From Amoebophrya sp. A120 (taxonomy: Eukaryota > Protista > Dinoflagellata), in the NCBI GenBank assembly GCA_905178155.1, contig CAJINV010000009.1, positions 979,415-1,043,414 of the forward strand: 64,000 nucleotides of DNA. The letters run 5' to 3'. Shown in pieces: positions 26,956 to 40,300 of this stretch. The notes under the pieces were generated by a model, which was not told where the DNA came from, did not search any database, and was given only the letters and a program-made list of their open reading frames with translations. The stretch's first letter is position 1, and each line of letters starts with the position of its first letter. The translations under genes were made by a program, and so were the position numbers.

Positions 26956-27918
26956 TCTGCCCGCCGATGTGAAGGGGAACTTGTCCTCCTACCTGGTGCC
27001 TTATCTGCAGCTCACAACCGAAACGGCTCCTGAGAGAGGTTCCTGCCTACCTGCCCCCACTGTGTTGATTCAGCTGGAATAAAAGCAACCCCGGAGCCGC
27101 GCGGCTGGAACTGCCACCACAAACACGCGTCACTACGACTATTTTCTTCCGACTCCACGCAACAACATTCTGTAGTGAAATGTACTAGAGGAACTCCTTT
27201 TCTGTAACTCGAGAGGTCAAAAATGGAAGTGTGGAAATAAATCGAATTCTTTCATACTACTGCTCCGAAGATTGAGATTCGGATGTCTGCGACAGAAAGA
27301 CGACAGTCCAGCTCCGAGGAGCTAGGCTCGGATATCGAAAACCAACTCTGTAGGGCCTTGAAAATTGGAAACCTTTCTCACATCACTGGGTCGCTCCACG
27401 ACGACGATCACTCCGACTGCAGGTGCAGCCTTCTAGTCTGCACTGACAAAAAGTCATCCTCTCTTTTCTCACATATCGAAAGAAGAACGACGTCGAGACG
27501 AAAAGACGGAAGCAAACGAAACAAAAGCTTTAGCGACACACGCATTGCAAGCAAAGCCAGGGACGGAGAGCTACAGCCTGCAGCTAACTCCCACTGTGCT
27601 GGCCATTCACACATACCGCACCAGAAAAGTAGCAAGTGTCATGTTGTTGCAGTTTAGCAATCAAAAAAAGCAGCTCCCACACAGTGTACGATAGGAGACA
27701 TGTTGCAAGGGAAAGTGGCATCTGGTACAGATGATACTGCCGCTGGTGCATTGCATTTAGAATGAATAAGGACCAAAACGTGCAGAAGATAGAGTAAAAT
27801 AAAGTCAAAACAGTCAAAATCTTTCGTGTGCAGGTGCAGGAGACGAAAACAAAGCGCAACCCTTGCATCAACATCGAAGTGGTCATCGTCTTAGGCATAG
27901 TCTTAGTCAAGCTCAACC

Positions 27919-30441
27919 TCAAGGCGGGCTGCTATACTTTCTAATTAAACTGTCGGCCTCGTGCACGTTCGGATCGTAGTGACACACCTGATATACACAG
28001 TCAGCAGAGTCACAATTTATCTTTGTGACTACTGTCGCGGATTCGAAAACAAGGATCCCCTTTGTTAAAGACGCTACCGCAGCCTCGTGGGAGTTCGGAG
28101 CCCTCACGGTTCGCATCACTTCTTGGGCCAGCGTAGCCGCCGATCCTGAGCTTGACGCTGTTGAGGAAGTGATCTCAGCCGCACTGGGTGGGGAAAACAG
28201 ATACTTGTAAAGAAGACTGCTCTCAATAGGCGTTTGGTCCGTCTCGGCGTGACGAGCCTCTTCAACACAGCGCGCGTCGTCAGAACTACTCTCGTCACCC
28301 TCGCTATCTGTCCTTTGGTCCGCATCATTTCTGTTGTCGTAATCTTTAATACGACCGTGCCGCTTTCTACTGTGCCAACTCTGCAAGATGCGATGTATAC
28401 TTCCATTCTTGACGGTTGCTGGTCTTGCGAAGACTCGTAGTTGATTCCCGGGCCGGTGGAGGTTATCCCACTTTTGGTACAAAGCGGGGGCTGCCGGTTC
28501 ATTTCCACCCGCGCCACCCTCCCGCGTTTGCGTTACCTCGACCACTTGCGGACGATCACTCCTGCTTCTTCTGCGCGCACGTCTCGCTGCCATCTGGATA
28601 CTTTCAAACGCCGACGGGGCGCCTGTACTCGAGGAAGAAGAAGCCCGGCGAGTCGCGGCAGCGTGCGGAACCCTTCCAGAGATAGGAGCGTACTCCCCTT
28701 CACCGATGCTGATCGTGTACGTTGGTAATCGCAACGCGGAGGGAGCTAGGTAATCGTGGAACGGCGGCGTGACAACGGCAACATACGTGGACGAAGATGC
28801 GGGCGCTGCTGCAGCAGGCACTGCTCGTGCAGCCTCGCTCTGATTGCGCCGGCGGTTTCGCGCGCGCCTGCCGAACGGCTGTGTGGCTGTCCGAGGTGCG
28901 GTCGTTTCCGTGAGCGTTTCTGTTGTGGACCAGGAAATACGTTCGGAAAATACCGTCCCGCGTTTCTTGGCGTCCCGCTCGGGACAGTTAGCGCAGATCT
29001 CCTGTCGCACAAATTCTGGTGCGGTGGTGGAGAAGTAAATCAGCGGGTAGTTCGACTCGTGGCTCTGCGCCACATTAAACAAAGTTGCGAGGTCTTGGTC
29101 CGAACCGATTTTCAAATACGAGCCGCCCTCGTCTGCCTCGGCCGAGGACCGGTGGTGCTCCTGCTGTTCTGGGCGTAAATGATCACCTGCAAAAAAGCTC
29201 GACACCGCGCTGCAATGGTAGAACCCGTGCCGCGGGAGGGAATTTCGGTTGTAATCCAGAATTCTCTTGTGCTTTCTCAGCTGCTTGCGGAAGTGCAAAC
29301 TGCGGAACAGCTGCAAGGCCGGGAGAAGTAATGTTGGTGCAGGTTCAGCACTCGTGTTCGACGTCGTCGTGGCGTTGCCATTTTTGATACTCGAGTTCGT
29401 TTTATTCATTTCCTCGCTTTTCCAGAAAAACTTGCTTGCGCCAAGAAGACCCCTTGCCGGCAAATTTGAGCTGGCGAAGAACGAGTCGGGGCGGGTTAGA
29501 AATTTGACCAACATCTCGTACCTCTGTTTGCGACTCTTGCTGCGTGTCAGTGGTGCGCAGTCTTGGTCCTGCTTGGTCCAGCACTGCTGAGTCTGAGTCG
29601 TGCTACTGCTACAGCTGCTTCCGCTGCCAACAAAGTGCTTCCGTTTCTTCTGCGTGTTTCGCTGCTTGTGGGAGTACCGGGGACGAGCAGGAAGATTTTT
29701 CTCTCGGCGTTGGTCGCAAAGATCTTCATCCGTTCCCGTCGTCGACGACGAATCATCTGCCTCTGACACAGCGCGCCGACGGTTCTTCGCGATTCTTCGC
29801 TTTCGCTTACTCTGGCGACCTGGTGCCGCTTGTTGTTGGTGTTGTCGCTTTTTATTTCGATTATTTTTGTGCGCAGCCACCTCCTGAATAGTTGACAGCT
29901 GATCATCGAGCTCGTAGTCAGACTCAGAAATGTGCTTGGTCCTACCTTTAATGTTGCAGTCGCGCGAACGAATCTCCTGAGCCAGATGAGCAAAGTAGTT
30001 CCGTAGTCTGTGGACCACGCTCCTAGACATCTGAATGGCAGCCTCTTCACGTGAAAGCACTGCTATGCCAGGGATAGCGTTCGATACTTTGGCAACGCCC
30101 GGCGCTGGCACGGCATTGGCATTCTGTCCAGTGATATCCGTCGTGTTCCTTGGACCAGAAGCAGGCACCGTCGTCTCCTCCTGCTCGTAAAGATGCGCCA
30201 AAATGTTGTCTAGAATCGGGGCCGGAAATCTCTCCTCCAAACTCAGGGGCTCAGGTTCAGGGTTATCCCTTGTGCTCCTTCGAATTGTTTCCTCTTGCTC
30301 TTGCGCTGCTGATAGTCCTCCCACAGTCGTATCTACAGGAGCAGCGGACGCAGGATGGGAGAGAGTGGCAAAGCCGTGCGCAAGCGCTACCGCAAGTGTT
30401 GGAGAAAACAAACGCATCAAGAGGGCAGATGAAGAGCACAT
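27919..30441 (-). CDS. Hypothetical protein with signal-peptide-like N-terminus and F-box-like motif
   Basis: Intronless ~840-aa ORF. MRLFSPTLAVALAHGFATLSHPASAAPV followed by LSLEERFPAPILDNILAHL, then basic NLS-like clusters. Confidence 0.7.
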   Translation of the reverse strand: MCSSSALLMRLFSPTLAVALAHGFATLSHPASAAPVDTTVGGLSAAQEQEETIRRSTRDNPEPEPLSLEERFPAPILDNILAHLYEQEETTVPASGPRNTTDITGQNANAVPAPGVAKVSNAIPGIAVLSREEAAIQMSRSVVHRLRNYFAHLAQEIRSRDCNIKGRTKHISESDYELDDQLSTIQEVAAHKNNRNKKRQHQQQAAPGRQSKRKRRIAKNRRRAVSEADDSSSTTGTDEDLCDQRREKNLPARPRYSHKQRNTQKKRKHFVGSGSSCSSSTTQTQQCWTKQDQDCAPLTRSKSRKQRYEMLVKFLTRPDSFFASSNLPARGLLGASKFFWKSEEMNKTNSSIKNGNATTTSNTSAEPAPTLLLPALQLFRSLHFRKQLRKHKRILDYNRNSLPRHGFYHCSAVSSFFAGDHLRPEQQEHHRSSAEADEGGSYLKIGSDQDLATLFNVAQSHESNYPLIYFSTTAPEFVRQEICANCPERDAKKRGTVFSERISWSTTETLTETTAPRTATQPFGRRARNRRRNQSEAARAVPAAAAPASSSTYVAVVTPPFHDYLAPSALRLPTYTISIGEGEYAPISGRVPHAAATRRASSSSSTGAPSAFESIQMAARRARRRSRSDRPQVVEVTQTREGGAGGNEPAAPALYQKWDNLHRPGNQLRVFARPATVKNGSIHRILQSWHSRKRHGRIKDYDNRNDADQRTDSEGDESSSDDARCVEEARHAETDQTPIESSLLYKYLFSPPSAAEITSSTASSSGSAATLAQEVMRTVRAPNSHEAAVASLTKGILVFESATVVTKINCDSADCVYQVCHYDPNVHEADSLIRKYSSPP

Positions 30442-31320
30442 TTTTTCTGATCCTGTCAAACACAACTGGAGGATCGTCTATTTTTTTTTGTTTTTATTTC
30501 GTTAATCAGAATGGCGGGAGACAGACAAAATTCGAATTCGAATACAAGGTGCAAGCAAAACCAAAATCAGAGCAAAACTATGGCCTTTGTTTCTGGACAT
30601 CTCCACAGAGAAGTAGCAAAAATATTTGGGTACATGATTGACGTCCGAAAGGATGATTAACAAAATTGAAAGAAGCCACCTACTAAAAATTTGGCTCCTT
30701 TGAAACTACAACAAAAATGAAAAAAGAGTACGGATGAGTCGCGTCGTGATGATCTAAGGACAATGCTTTGAGGTGAGGGTGCTTAGCTGGCCTCGTTTGA
30801 TCATCATTCTGTCCTTTCTTCGAAATTGAGTGCAATCTGATTATCGAAAGATCGATGGAATCGCCGCTGCCGCTAAGGGTAACAAGGACATCAAAGTATC
30901 GGGAAAACACGTGAAGTATCAGGAAAATACGTGTCCTGTCGGTCTAGCTTGCCGTGCCTGGATGTGCCAGCGCCGCCGGCCCTTGCCTCCTTGATCCTTC
31001 CTTTGATCATCAAACGCAACTGCAATTCGTGTTTACCACGTGCACTAGCATTGACCGTCAAATCCGAATTGTTTTCTGTCACCAAACCTCTATCCCATAA
31101 TGGGTGCTGCTTTTTGACATCTTCACATCTATCGTTCTATGATCTGCATCTCCAATCCTCGTCATCCTATTCCTACCAACTGCTACAACTATAGAGCTCA
31201 AACAAACTGCTCTATGACTGAATTGACGAAATCTAGTATCTTCTAAACTCGGCCGGTAACCGTAACCTAATCACTTGCTAGCTTCTTTTGGGTTTGCGAG
31301 CAAGTTACTCTTTGTCTGTT

Positions 31321-34300
31321 TCACTGACGTCCTGCGTCCTGGTCCTGTAAAACCTTGCTATTGTCGTAAGCGAAGTAGTAGTCCAGAACTAGCCAGTCGT
31401 CCTCTGCGTGTAGCATGAGCAAGCGCAGCCAGCTGATTTTGTACAAATATTTTCCCGGCTTCGCCCGTTTTCGCAGGTCGTTTTTCTCGAAGGTGGCAAG
31501 CGTGTGGAATCGTGGTATGGGTCGCTGCGACCGACGGTGGAACCGCATGGGCGGATAGAACAGAGGCTGCGAAGTGAATGAACTTTTTCCTCGTTCACAT
31601 TCCATGCGAACATCAGGTTCGTCTTTCAATGCGGCGGAAGAAGTGGAGAAAGGATCCGACAAGCGCCTTCCCTTGGTTTGGCGGGCATGAAACTCCGCGG
31701 GCGTCTCGATTTTCTGCACCCGGACTTTGACGGTAGTCGTCTTCAGTGGCGGTTTGGTTTTCCTAGTACTGCTCGGGGAATCCGACTTATCCGAATCCGC
31801 TTCGGCGTCGTCTTCGGATGATATGGACGACAGGGATGAGACGTCCGACACTTCGTCTACTTCGTCACTATTCTCACTTTCTTCTGAATCGTCTCCCGCT
31901 TCTTCCGCGTCCTCTTGCTCTTCCTTGGATGCAGCACCGTCAGTGTCACTCGCGTAATCTGAATCTGCCTTCTGTGCAAGTTTGAGTGCTTCCCTCTTGA
32001 ACTTGATCTTCTCTTCCTCTTGAGTGATTGTGGTTGATGGAGTCAATTTGTTCTGCAGATATTGGATTCTCATCTCCTCTTTTACTTTTCCTTGTGTGGC
32101 TGGTTCTTGTGCAGCAAAGGGCTGCGTCGAAGCCGAGGGGACAGCAACAGTGTCTGAATGAATAGTCTGGGCCGGATTTTGATATTGTTGCTGCTGCATC
32201 ACCGCAGCTCCGGCAGCGATGGTGTTCATCATGTCGCTTGCTTTACCCGCCACGCGATATTTATGCCACCAGTGGGTTCGTAAGTTTCAGAAACAAAATC
32301 AGAGAATCAGTGCGGCTATTGGAAATGGCTTTGAAGTACCATGAAGTGTCTGTATCGCCACGGAAACCAGTTTCAACTGGTGATGTCTTCGAAAAAAAAA
32401 CATGTATGTTGACACCGTAAGTATGCGTCATGCTGACCATTACTTCTAGAAAATGTTTCTCCACCAGCCTCAGCTTTGCTTGTGAAAAACGTAAGTAATA
32501 AGAAAAAAAAAAGCGACACTGGCAAGACAGCATACCGCCCTTCGAAACACCCATCTGGGGAAGTTTTTGCAGTCTGCATTTGCACCTTTTGCAATGCGCA
32601 TCGTGCTACCTGCATATCGCACTTGCATACTTTCAGATTTGAAACTTACCAACCTGAAAATTGCATACTAGAACGGATTCAGGGATGTGCTGTCGTCTTC
32701 GAATGATCGTTCAGGCTGCGAGGATTTTTTTCCAGCAATCTTGTTTGCCGAGGAAGAAGTAGACGACACGACCATTGCGTTATCTGTTTTCGTTATGGTT
32801 GATCTTCTGCTTTCATCCGTTTTGGCTCCCCCAGTACCGTGGCTCTTCTTTTTGCATTTGCCTGTCGAGGTGCCTGTGGCGGAGTTAGAACCATTTTTAT
32901 TGTTTGCGTTTTTATTGGTACTCTCGGATATTAGTCCCGTCTTCGTTCCAGTTCCCTGCGATTCACCTTTCCCGTTAAAAACCCCTGCGTTGTGGTATAG
33001 GAACGCGCTGCTTTTGCAGGTCGTTGTGCACAATCCCGAAGAAAACTTCTTCTGTGTCGCGGCCGTTGTCCCTACACCCTCGAAACATCTCGTGTCAAAC
33101 CCGCGCGGGCACTTCTGTCGCTCCATGTGCCTCCTCTCGCTTTTCTTTTCTCTAACCCGCTTCTTTACGTACTCCCGCTTCGAGTCTGGGGACAGGGTCT
33201 TCATCAGCTCGGCGTCCTGAGCCGCGGTCTTCTTCTTCTTGCTAGCAGCGTCGTTTGTGGTGCTTGTAGTAGTTCCATTTGTATTTTTACCATTGCTAGT
33301 TCTGGCCTCAATGTTGTTGTCCTCTCCGTCCTCAGCTTTTTTCACATCTACATAATCCGTATCGGAGTCCGGGTCGATCTCGGCAAAGTCCGAATCTTCT
33401 GACGAGATGTCCTGGAGCGATTCGTTATCGAGCTGGTCTTCGCAATCTGTGTCGATGAATCTGTCTTCCGACAAGTCGACTTTCGGCTGCACCCCGAACG
33501 CACAGCCGGCGCACCAGTGCCGGATTTTCAGGTCCGCGATCCCGTTTTTTCGTGCCTTCTTGAGCGCTTTTTCGATGTCCGCCATGCCGGGAAAGTCCTG
33601 GGCGAAGATGTTGCCGACACGGACCCAGTCGGACGCGTAGCCGTAGAACTTTAGCTGCAGGTCCGCCTCCGGACGCGGCGCGTCCACGTGTAGGCGCACG
33701 TCGTGCTTCCGGGGTTGCTTGTTCCAAAAAACGCGGGAAAAAGCAAAATCGCTGTCGATAGAATATTTCGACTTGCTCCATTTGTCGCGCTGCAGCAACA
33801 GTTCTTGCTGCTGCGCGGCGGGAATTTTACGGCACTCGCGTACATGCCCAAGCACCGCCTGCAGATGCTGGTTCGCGACGGAGGGTTCGAAATCATAGGG
33901 ATTGAAAAACGGACAAACCGCGCCCCCCAGCCCGGGCCACTGGCGGTACTCCGACTTTTCCCACTTCAAGCGAAGGCACCACTTGCGGTACACTTTTTTG
34001 TTCAAGAACCGGTGGGCGTCGCGAAAGTTCTGGGAATGCTTTTGTTCCCGGAAAAACCTCTTGAAATTTTCCTCCAGCTCCAGTTGCGCCGCAGTCGGCG
34101 CGTAATGAAAGAGGCCTGACGTGGGGGAGGCGCTTGATAGTATCGAAGTCATCTTATCCACAGAGGTTGATGCACTGCCGTCCTTTTTCTCTACCGTGCG
34201 CGTCGCCTGTGCTTTGTTTTCGGCAGAAGGTGGAGCTGTGGTTGAATTGCTCGTATTGTTGGCTTCCTTCGACTTTTTTCTGCCCTTCTTTTTTCCTCCT

Positions 34301-37300
34301 CCGGAAACAACCGTAGCTGCGTTCGAAGCAACACCAGCTGTGGCAGGGTGAGTGGCGCTCGCATGATCATCGTCTCTACTTGCAACAGCTGCGCCCTTGT
34401 CTAGCTCAACACCTTTCCCACGCCCACCTGCCGTCTCGGTAGAAGTTGCAGCAGCGGAAAGATCCGTTCTCGTTTTGCTCTTATTCTTCGGGTTTTGCGT
34501 GAACCATTTGTAACGGAACCAGCCAAGGACGTCCGGCTTCAGGTAAGTCCGCTCGGAAATCTTTGGAAGGTAAGCGCTATCTTTGAAATCGGCGTCCGGC
34601 ATCCGCACCCAACCATCTTCAGGCGGTAGCATGTGCCGCACAAGATTCGCATATTTCTGGTTGCCATCCAGGGTGACAAACTTCTCGTAAGCGGAATACC
34701 CATCCGTGTCCTCCTCGCACAAGGACAAAGGCGAGGAAAAAGAATTCCCTCCGGACCCTTCCTTCTGCCACTCCCGCTGCGCGCGGCTCCACCGGTACAT
34801 CGTGCTCCCTCTACTCTTTCTCGTCGTACCGCCACCCTCTGTCTGTTTTTTCGCTTCTGCTGAGTCGGGGCGCGGGGCGACCTCCCGGTACATCATGCAG
34901 CGCGGCTTCACAGACTCCCCGGGTGCGCGATACTTTCCGCGCAGACATTGGGCATCAAAATTCAGTGCAAACTCCTGCTGGAGGAGCAAGTCCAAGATCT
35001 CTTTTCGCCGATGGCGCCGTGCCTCTTTCATGCTTTCCACATGCACAATCTTCGGTTTCACGACCTTTTCCCTGGGCTCGAGCTCGTACTTGAGCCTAGT
35101 ACAATCGTAGTAGTTGATCGTGGGACTGAGCTTCGCAAGACGGACGGCTGGCCTCACGATGTCCACCAGCTGGATGCAGTGGACGAAACACTTGTTCCAA
35201 TCGTAGAGATAGATCAGCCGGTCCTGCTTGCGGTTCAAAAACAGCCCCAGCTCGTAGCTGGCGTAGTCCAAAACCGGCTCAAAAAGATGCATGTCTTGCT
35301 CCCGACACTCCCCACCATGGTCGCGCGCGCGAACAGGGCGGGAGCGCAGCTGTTAATTGATAATTTTTGGATACAGCTGGAATTTCAAAAGTCTGTGGCC
35401 ATCGCGCTTACGTCCGTTCGTTGTGCACGACAAGAAACGAACCTGAATTATTAGACGGAAAAAGTTCTTAAATGCGAAGTACTCTCTTACCTCGCAGTGA
35501 TCTGGCGCCATTGTGTTTGTTGGTCCAAACATCGCTCCGTCTGTCTGATCGAAGAAGCAACCGCTCATGGTTTGCCGGCTGTAGCCAATGACCGGCTTCA
35601 GTACGTGCTCGGAAAAATCATCCAGCGAGATCCAGGCGGACACCTGGATCTCGCGCCACAACAAAGGTGCATCCTTGATGCCACTTTCCGTGTCTTCGAA
35701 CAGGCAAAAAGGCCCGTCTCGGAGGTCCTTTGTCGCGGCCTCTTCTTCTTCGGTCTTGATGATGCCGCCCCAGACCGGGCTTTCTTTCGTTTCCCGCATG
35801 CGCGCCCCCCGGGTAGTCTCGTCCTCCAGGACAGGCATCCACACCCGCACCACCAGATCGTGTTCCAGTAGTGTGAGATCCGGGCAAGGAAGCTTGTCAG
35901 GCCTCTTGATTTCGAGGGCAGAACTGTCGCCGTCTTCTTCCACACCTAGGGCAGTTGTCGACAACCCTTTATTTGAACTGCCTGTGGAGGAGGGTGAGCC
36001 TGAAGCTGAACCCCCGCTGGCACGAGCGAATGCACGGTCCTGGTCTTCGTCGTCGTCCTCCTCTGCCGCGCTGTCCAAGAGACACAGCAGTTCCTTTCGT
36101 TTCAAACTCAGCAGTTCGGCTTTCCGCTGAGCCCGCAGTTTGTGGTATTGGATCTCTGGTGGCGTGAAGAAATTGGAATCGCGCACATACTTATTCATCG
36201 TCCGCATCCATGTGGGGCGAGAAGTAGATGAAGAGCTCATTTTACCTGAGCCGGTTGATGAAGATGTCGCGAGGCTTGGATTTTTTACGGCCCCCTTCTT
36301 GATGACGGACGAGGAACTACTGGTGTCAGGGTTGATATCAGCGCGCGCCGCGGGCTGCTGAAGCTGGCGGAATTCTTCCGCAACGCGCTTGTTTATCTTT
36401 TCGTCAGGGCGATCCGTCGCAGGCGTAGCGGGGCTCAGAATAATTCCTCTTTTGTTGGACACGATAAATTTCTCCAGGTACCCGGCTAAACCCCAACCGA
36501 AATGAATCCCAGTGAGGGAGCTGGGTAGAGGAAGTAAGGCGTCTTCTTCGTTGCAGATCCAGGCCTCGACATTCAACGTGGATTCGCGCTGCACCCGCTG
36601 CAACTTCAGAAAACCCTTATTCTCGGGGTGCTCACCCACCATCACCTTTTCGGGCATCTTGTGCTGAATGCGCTCCACGAGAAAATTCTCAGGCTGGTTG
36701 TCGGAACTTGCTTCATCGCCAGCATCCAGGAGCAGTTTTTTCGTTTTCTCCCCGTCGTTCCCCGTTTCGTCAGCTCCTTTGAGGGCAGTCGTGCTATCAT
36801 CAACATCAACTTCTTCCGCAGGGTTTGACTTGGTCCTCGTGAAAAACCCCAGAAGGGAAGTTGTAGACGAGTTCGATTTGTTCGCTGGCGAGGGTTTAGC
36901 CGTCTTCTTCGCGACTGCTAGTGGTTTTGGGTAGTTATCCGCTTGTTTTGCCTTTTCTTTTTCAAAACTCTCGGAGGAAGTTTTTCTTGCAGGTCCTTCC
37001 TTATGCTCTGAAGTTGTCCTGGTCGTGCAGCGGTCATGCTTGACGAAGTGCTTGTAGTATGTCGCAGCCATTTTCAGGTCCTTCCGCCGCTGCGAATTTT
37101 GCTCGTCGTCTTGCAAGGCAAGCACCTGCACGTCCTTCCCCTGTTCCTTGGTCGTGCGGCAGAAAAGCGGGCACAGTAAGCCGATCAGTATCAAATGTAA
37201 AAATGTCTGGGTCTGGAAACTTGTGGTGCTGGGTGGCGTCTCATGATGAGGCTAGAGATGGTGGCTCAGCATGACAAGTTTCTGAGCTCCTAGGTGTTGC

Positions 37301-40300
37301 CTATTCTGCATGACAAACTGCGCTTCTGCATCACAGAAAAACGGAGCTCTTGGGTAACGTGCATGACAGATCTAAGAGGTATGCCAGACATGCATGACAA
37401 ACATGAATTCTCCCAGACCCAGACATTTTTACAGTTGATAATCAGCAAGCAGTGGCAATAGCTGGTGGGATTCGTCCGGTAGCAGTACAGCAGCTCATGC
37501 GGCTTGTCAAAGGGTGAAAACGTCAAATGCGGCGTCACGGCCTTGTACTGCACGCCTTCTTGCAAAAGCTGCTTGCTGTTTTCCCACTTGTTGAAAAACA
37601 GCGAGAGGCTGCGCCGCTCCGCATCTAGCCACTCCATGACGTTCTTCTTTGACTTTTCCTCATCAATCTCACCGTTTGGCAGCGCGACCAGACACTCCCG
37701 CGGCGGAGGTTGGCCGAAGAGTTCTTCCCCGAAAAAATTTGTGAGCTTTGCGGCGCGACGCTCCAGCGGTGGGCTGTTGAGATCAATAGCTTCAGACTTG
37801 ACTCCTTGTTTTTCTGACCACTTATTCTTGCTTTTTGCAGTTTTTGTTGTCGCCGTCGCAATAGTCGTGGGGGTGACACGTTTGCCTGCCGCAGCGGTGT
37901 AGTCTGACAGACACGACTGCGCGTTGCCGCCCGCCACGGCTTGCGCAATCGAGTCTACCATAGCAGAGAAGGAGGCAGAACGATCATCTTCAATCTCCAC
38001 GGTTTCCAACATAACGCGTAACGGAGCGTCATCATCTAAAACCTTATCCAGCATGTAATACTTGAAGACCGCGAAGTCCACGAGGAAGTTCTGCAATTTC
38101 GTTTTGTTTTTCGTGACTTCGTCTATGAACTCCTTGTCATCCCAGACTGTGAACGATTCGGACAGCCGCGGATCTGTTTGCAACAGCTGCTTCTGGCTAA
38201 ATTTGAAAGTGGGCACAAAGGCCCAACGCGGATTCTTCGCCTCGTCGATCTGCTTGTACTGGAAACTGAAGAAGTGCGGTTCCAAAATTTTCGCGACGAC
38301 TGTAGGGTTGCCGTTGAGCGCAGTGGGCGTTCGGACCTGGACGATGCTGTCACTCCACCCGTTCTTTCCCGCGACGTAGGTGATCTCGTTCGGATTTTTC
38401 GAAGGTCCAGTTTTCGTCGACTCTTCTCCGTCTTGGCGCCCGGTGTCCAGCTGCGATCCGGAGCCTGCCCTCGTTTTCGTCGTCGAAGTTGTTTTGCAAC
38501 CTTTACCCTCTGGTGGTGCAGCTTGATCGGCCCCAGCTTTCTTGCACAATTTGGCCATCGCTTTGATATTCGTGGCGGCTTCCGCCTGCAGTTCCTCTAC
38601 AGTGGCGTTTTCAGACATTGACGCGATGCGTCGATCCATTGCTGCTACGTCGGAGGCACTATTGCTCCCTGTATTTTCAACGCCGCCAGCATGCTCTTTC
38701 CGTATTGCAGTCAGAATGTCATCGAATTTGAAATCATCCATTTTGCCCTTCAAAGGACTGAGGGAACTGGTTTTGTCCAGAATCGGCATGACTTTCTCTA
38801 CTTCCTTTTCTTGCTTGGCCTTGGAGGATGTGCCGGCAATAGTCGTGGCATTCGTCGCTCGCGCCGCCGTGGAGAAGGCACAACGGCGCGGGATATTTTT
38901 CATAACTATATTGTCCGACAAACTTTTTTTTGTATATTTTCGCGGTATATATATATGGTGCGGGATATTTTTCGTGGTATTGTCCGACAAAAGATGTCCA
39001 TTTTCGCCGTCCTCTGAGCGGGTGTGGGAAGAATTTTCGCCGTCCTGCATGGACTTCGGAGAATTTCGCTGCGCCCTCGAGGTGTTATCTTCGTCACGAC
39101 TTTTTGCGATGCTTGCGTCCGTACAATCTTTTCTGCCGTCCCGTACTTCATCTTTCTTCTCTCCCAGTGGTGGGTGCCCATCGTGAGTTTCCTGTGATAG
39201 GACGCCACCCTCACTTGCCTCCATTGCGCCAGTAATAAAAACTTCAAGAGCGGCCGAGTCGATGGAGCCAGGTGGCCCTCCTTGTTCCTGTATGATTTGT
39301 GGAACGACCTGGCTCAAATAACCGACAAATTTCTTCGGCCCTAAGTTCATCATTTCTTCTAGCGAGAAGTCTGTAAGCAATCTCTTTCTCGCAATGTCTG
39401 TTATGTCGCCGAAACTTTTCCCCGGGAACAATGTCGCAAAGTCTGTTGCAGAAAAATCCTTTTGGAAAGGGTCTATCCCAAAGGTAGCGCCGCGCGCCTC
39501 CACGTGGCCCATTGCGTCCTTCCTGGCAGCAGACGCGTCTTTCTCCGACTGCTGGGATGAATTGTTCTTTTCCTGCAAACTCGAGTTAGGCGAGTTTCTC
39601 GCCGTGCTGGGCTTTCCGTCGTCACCTTTCGCGCAGATGTAGTTTCTGTCCTCCGTGCAATCGTTTTCATCGCCTTTCTGTGTTTCGTCTTTCTTCTCTC
39701 CCCGAAGTGCCGGCTCATCGTGGCTTTCTTTCGATGGAACGACGCCTCCACTTGCATCCGCCGCACCTCCACGTAGTTTCCGTGTCGTTTCGTCTTCCGT
39801 GCCTCCGATCGATACTGAAGCTTTCAGTGGAACGACAGGAACAGTTTTTGAGTCTTTCTCCGGCAGCTGACTTTTATCGGCAGTCATGTCCGCGAAGGCG
39901 CTTTTTACCATGCTCGCTGCGACTTCCAAAAACCGGGCCATGGCGTCTTCCAGAAACCGTGCCATTGCGTATCCGAAACCGAACTCCTTGAAGGCCGAGT
40001 CGTCGACTTTCCCCTCTTGGTCGGCCGGTTTCGGTTCGACTTGAAGATTACTCGCATTTATTCGAAGCCGGCTCTCCTCCTTGTATCCCAGCAGCACCGG
40101 ACGGTTCTGAAGCTCTCCGCTCGCCCGCAGCTTCTGCACTTCGCACGTCATATGGAACACCGCATCTTGGTCGAACAACGTTTTCCCCTGGTTGTCTTCC
40201 TCGGCTAGGAAAAGGCAAAGTTCCTGCAGCATCACCTGCAGCTTCAGTGCGCAAAACCCGGTCGCCTGTGCCATGGAGGCGGGATTGTTCTGCAGCTCTA

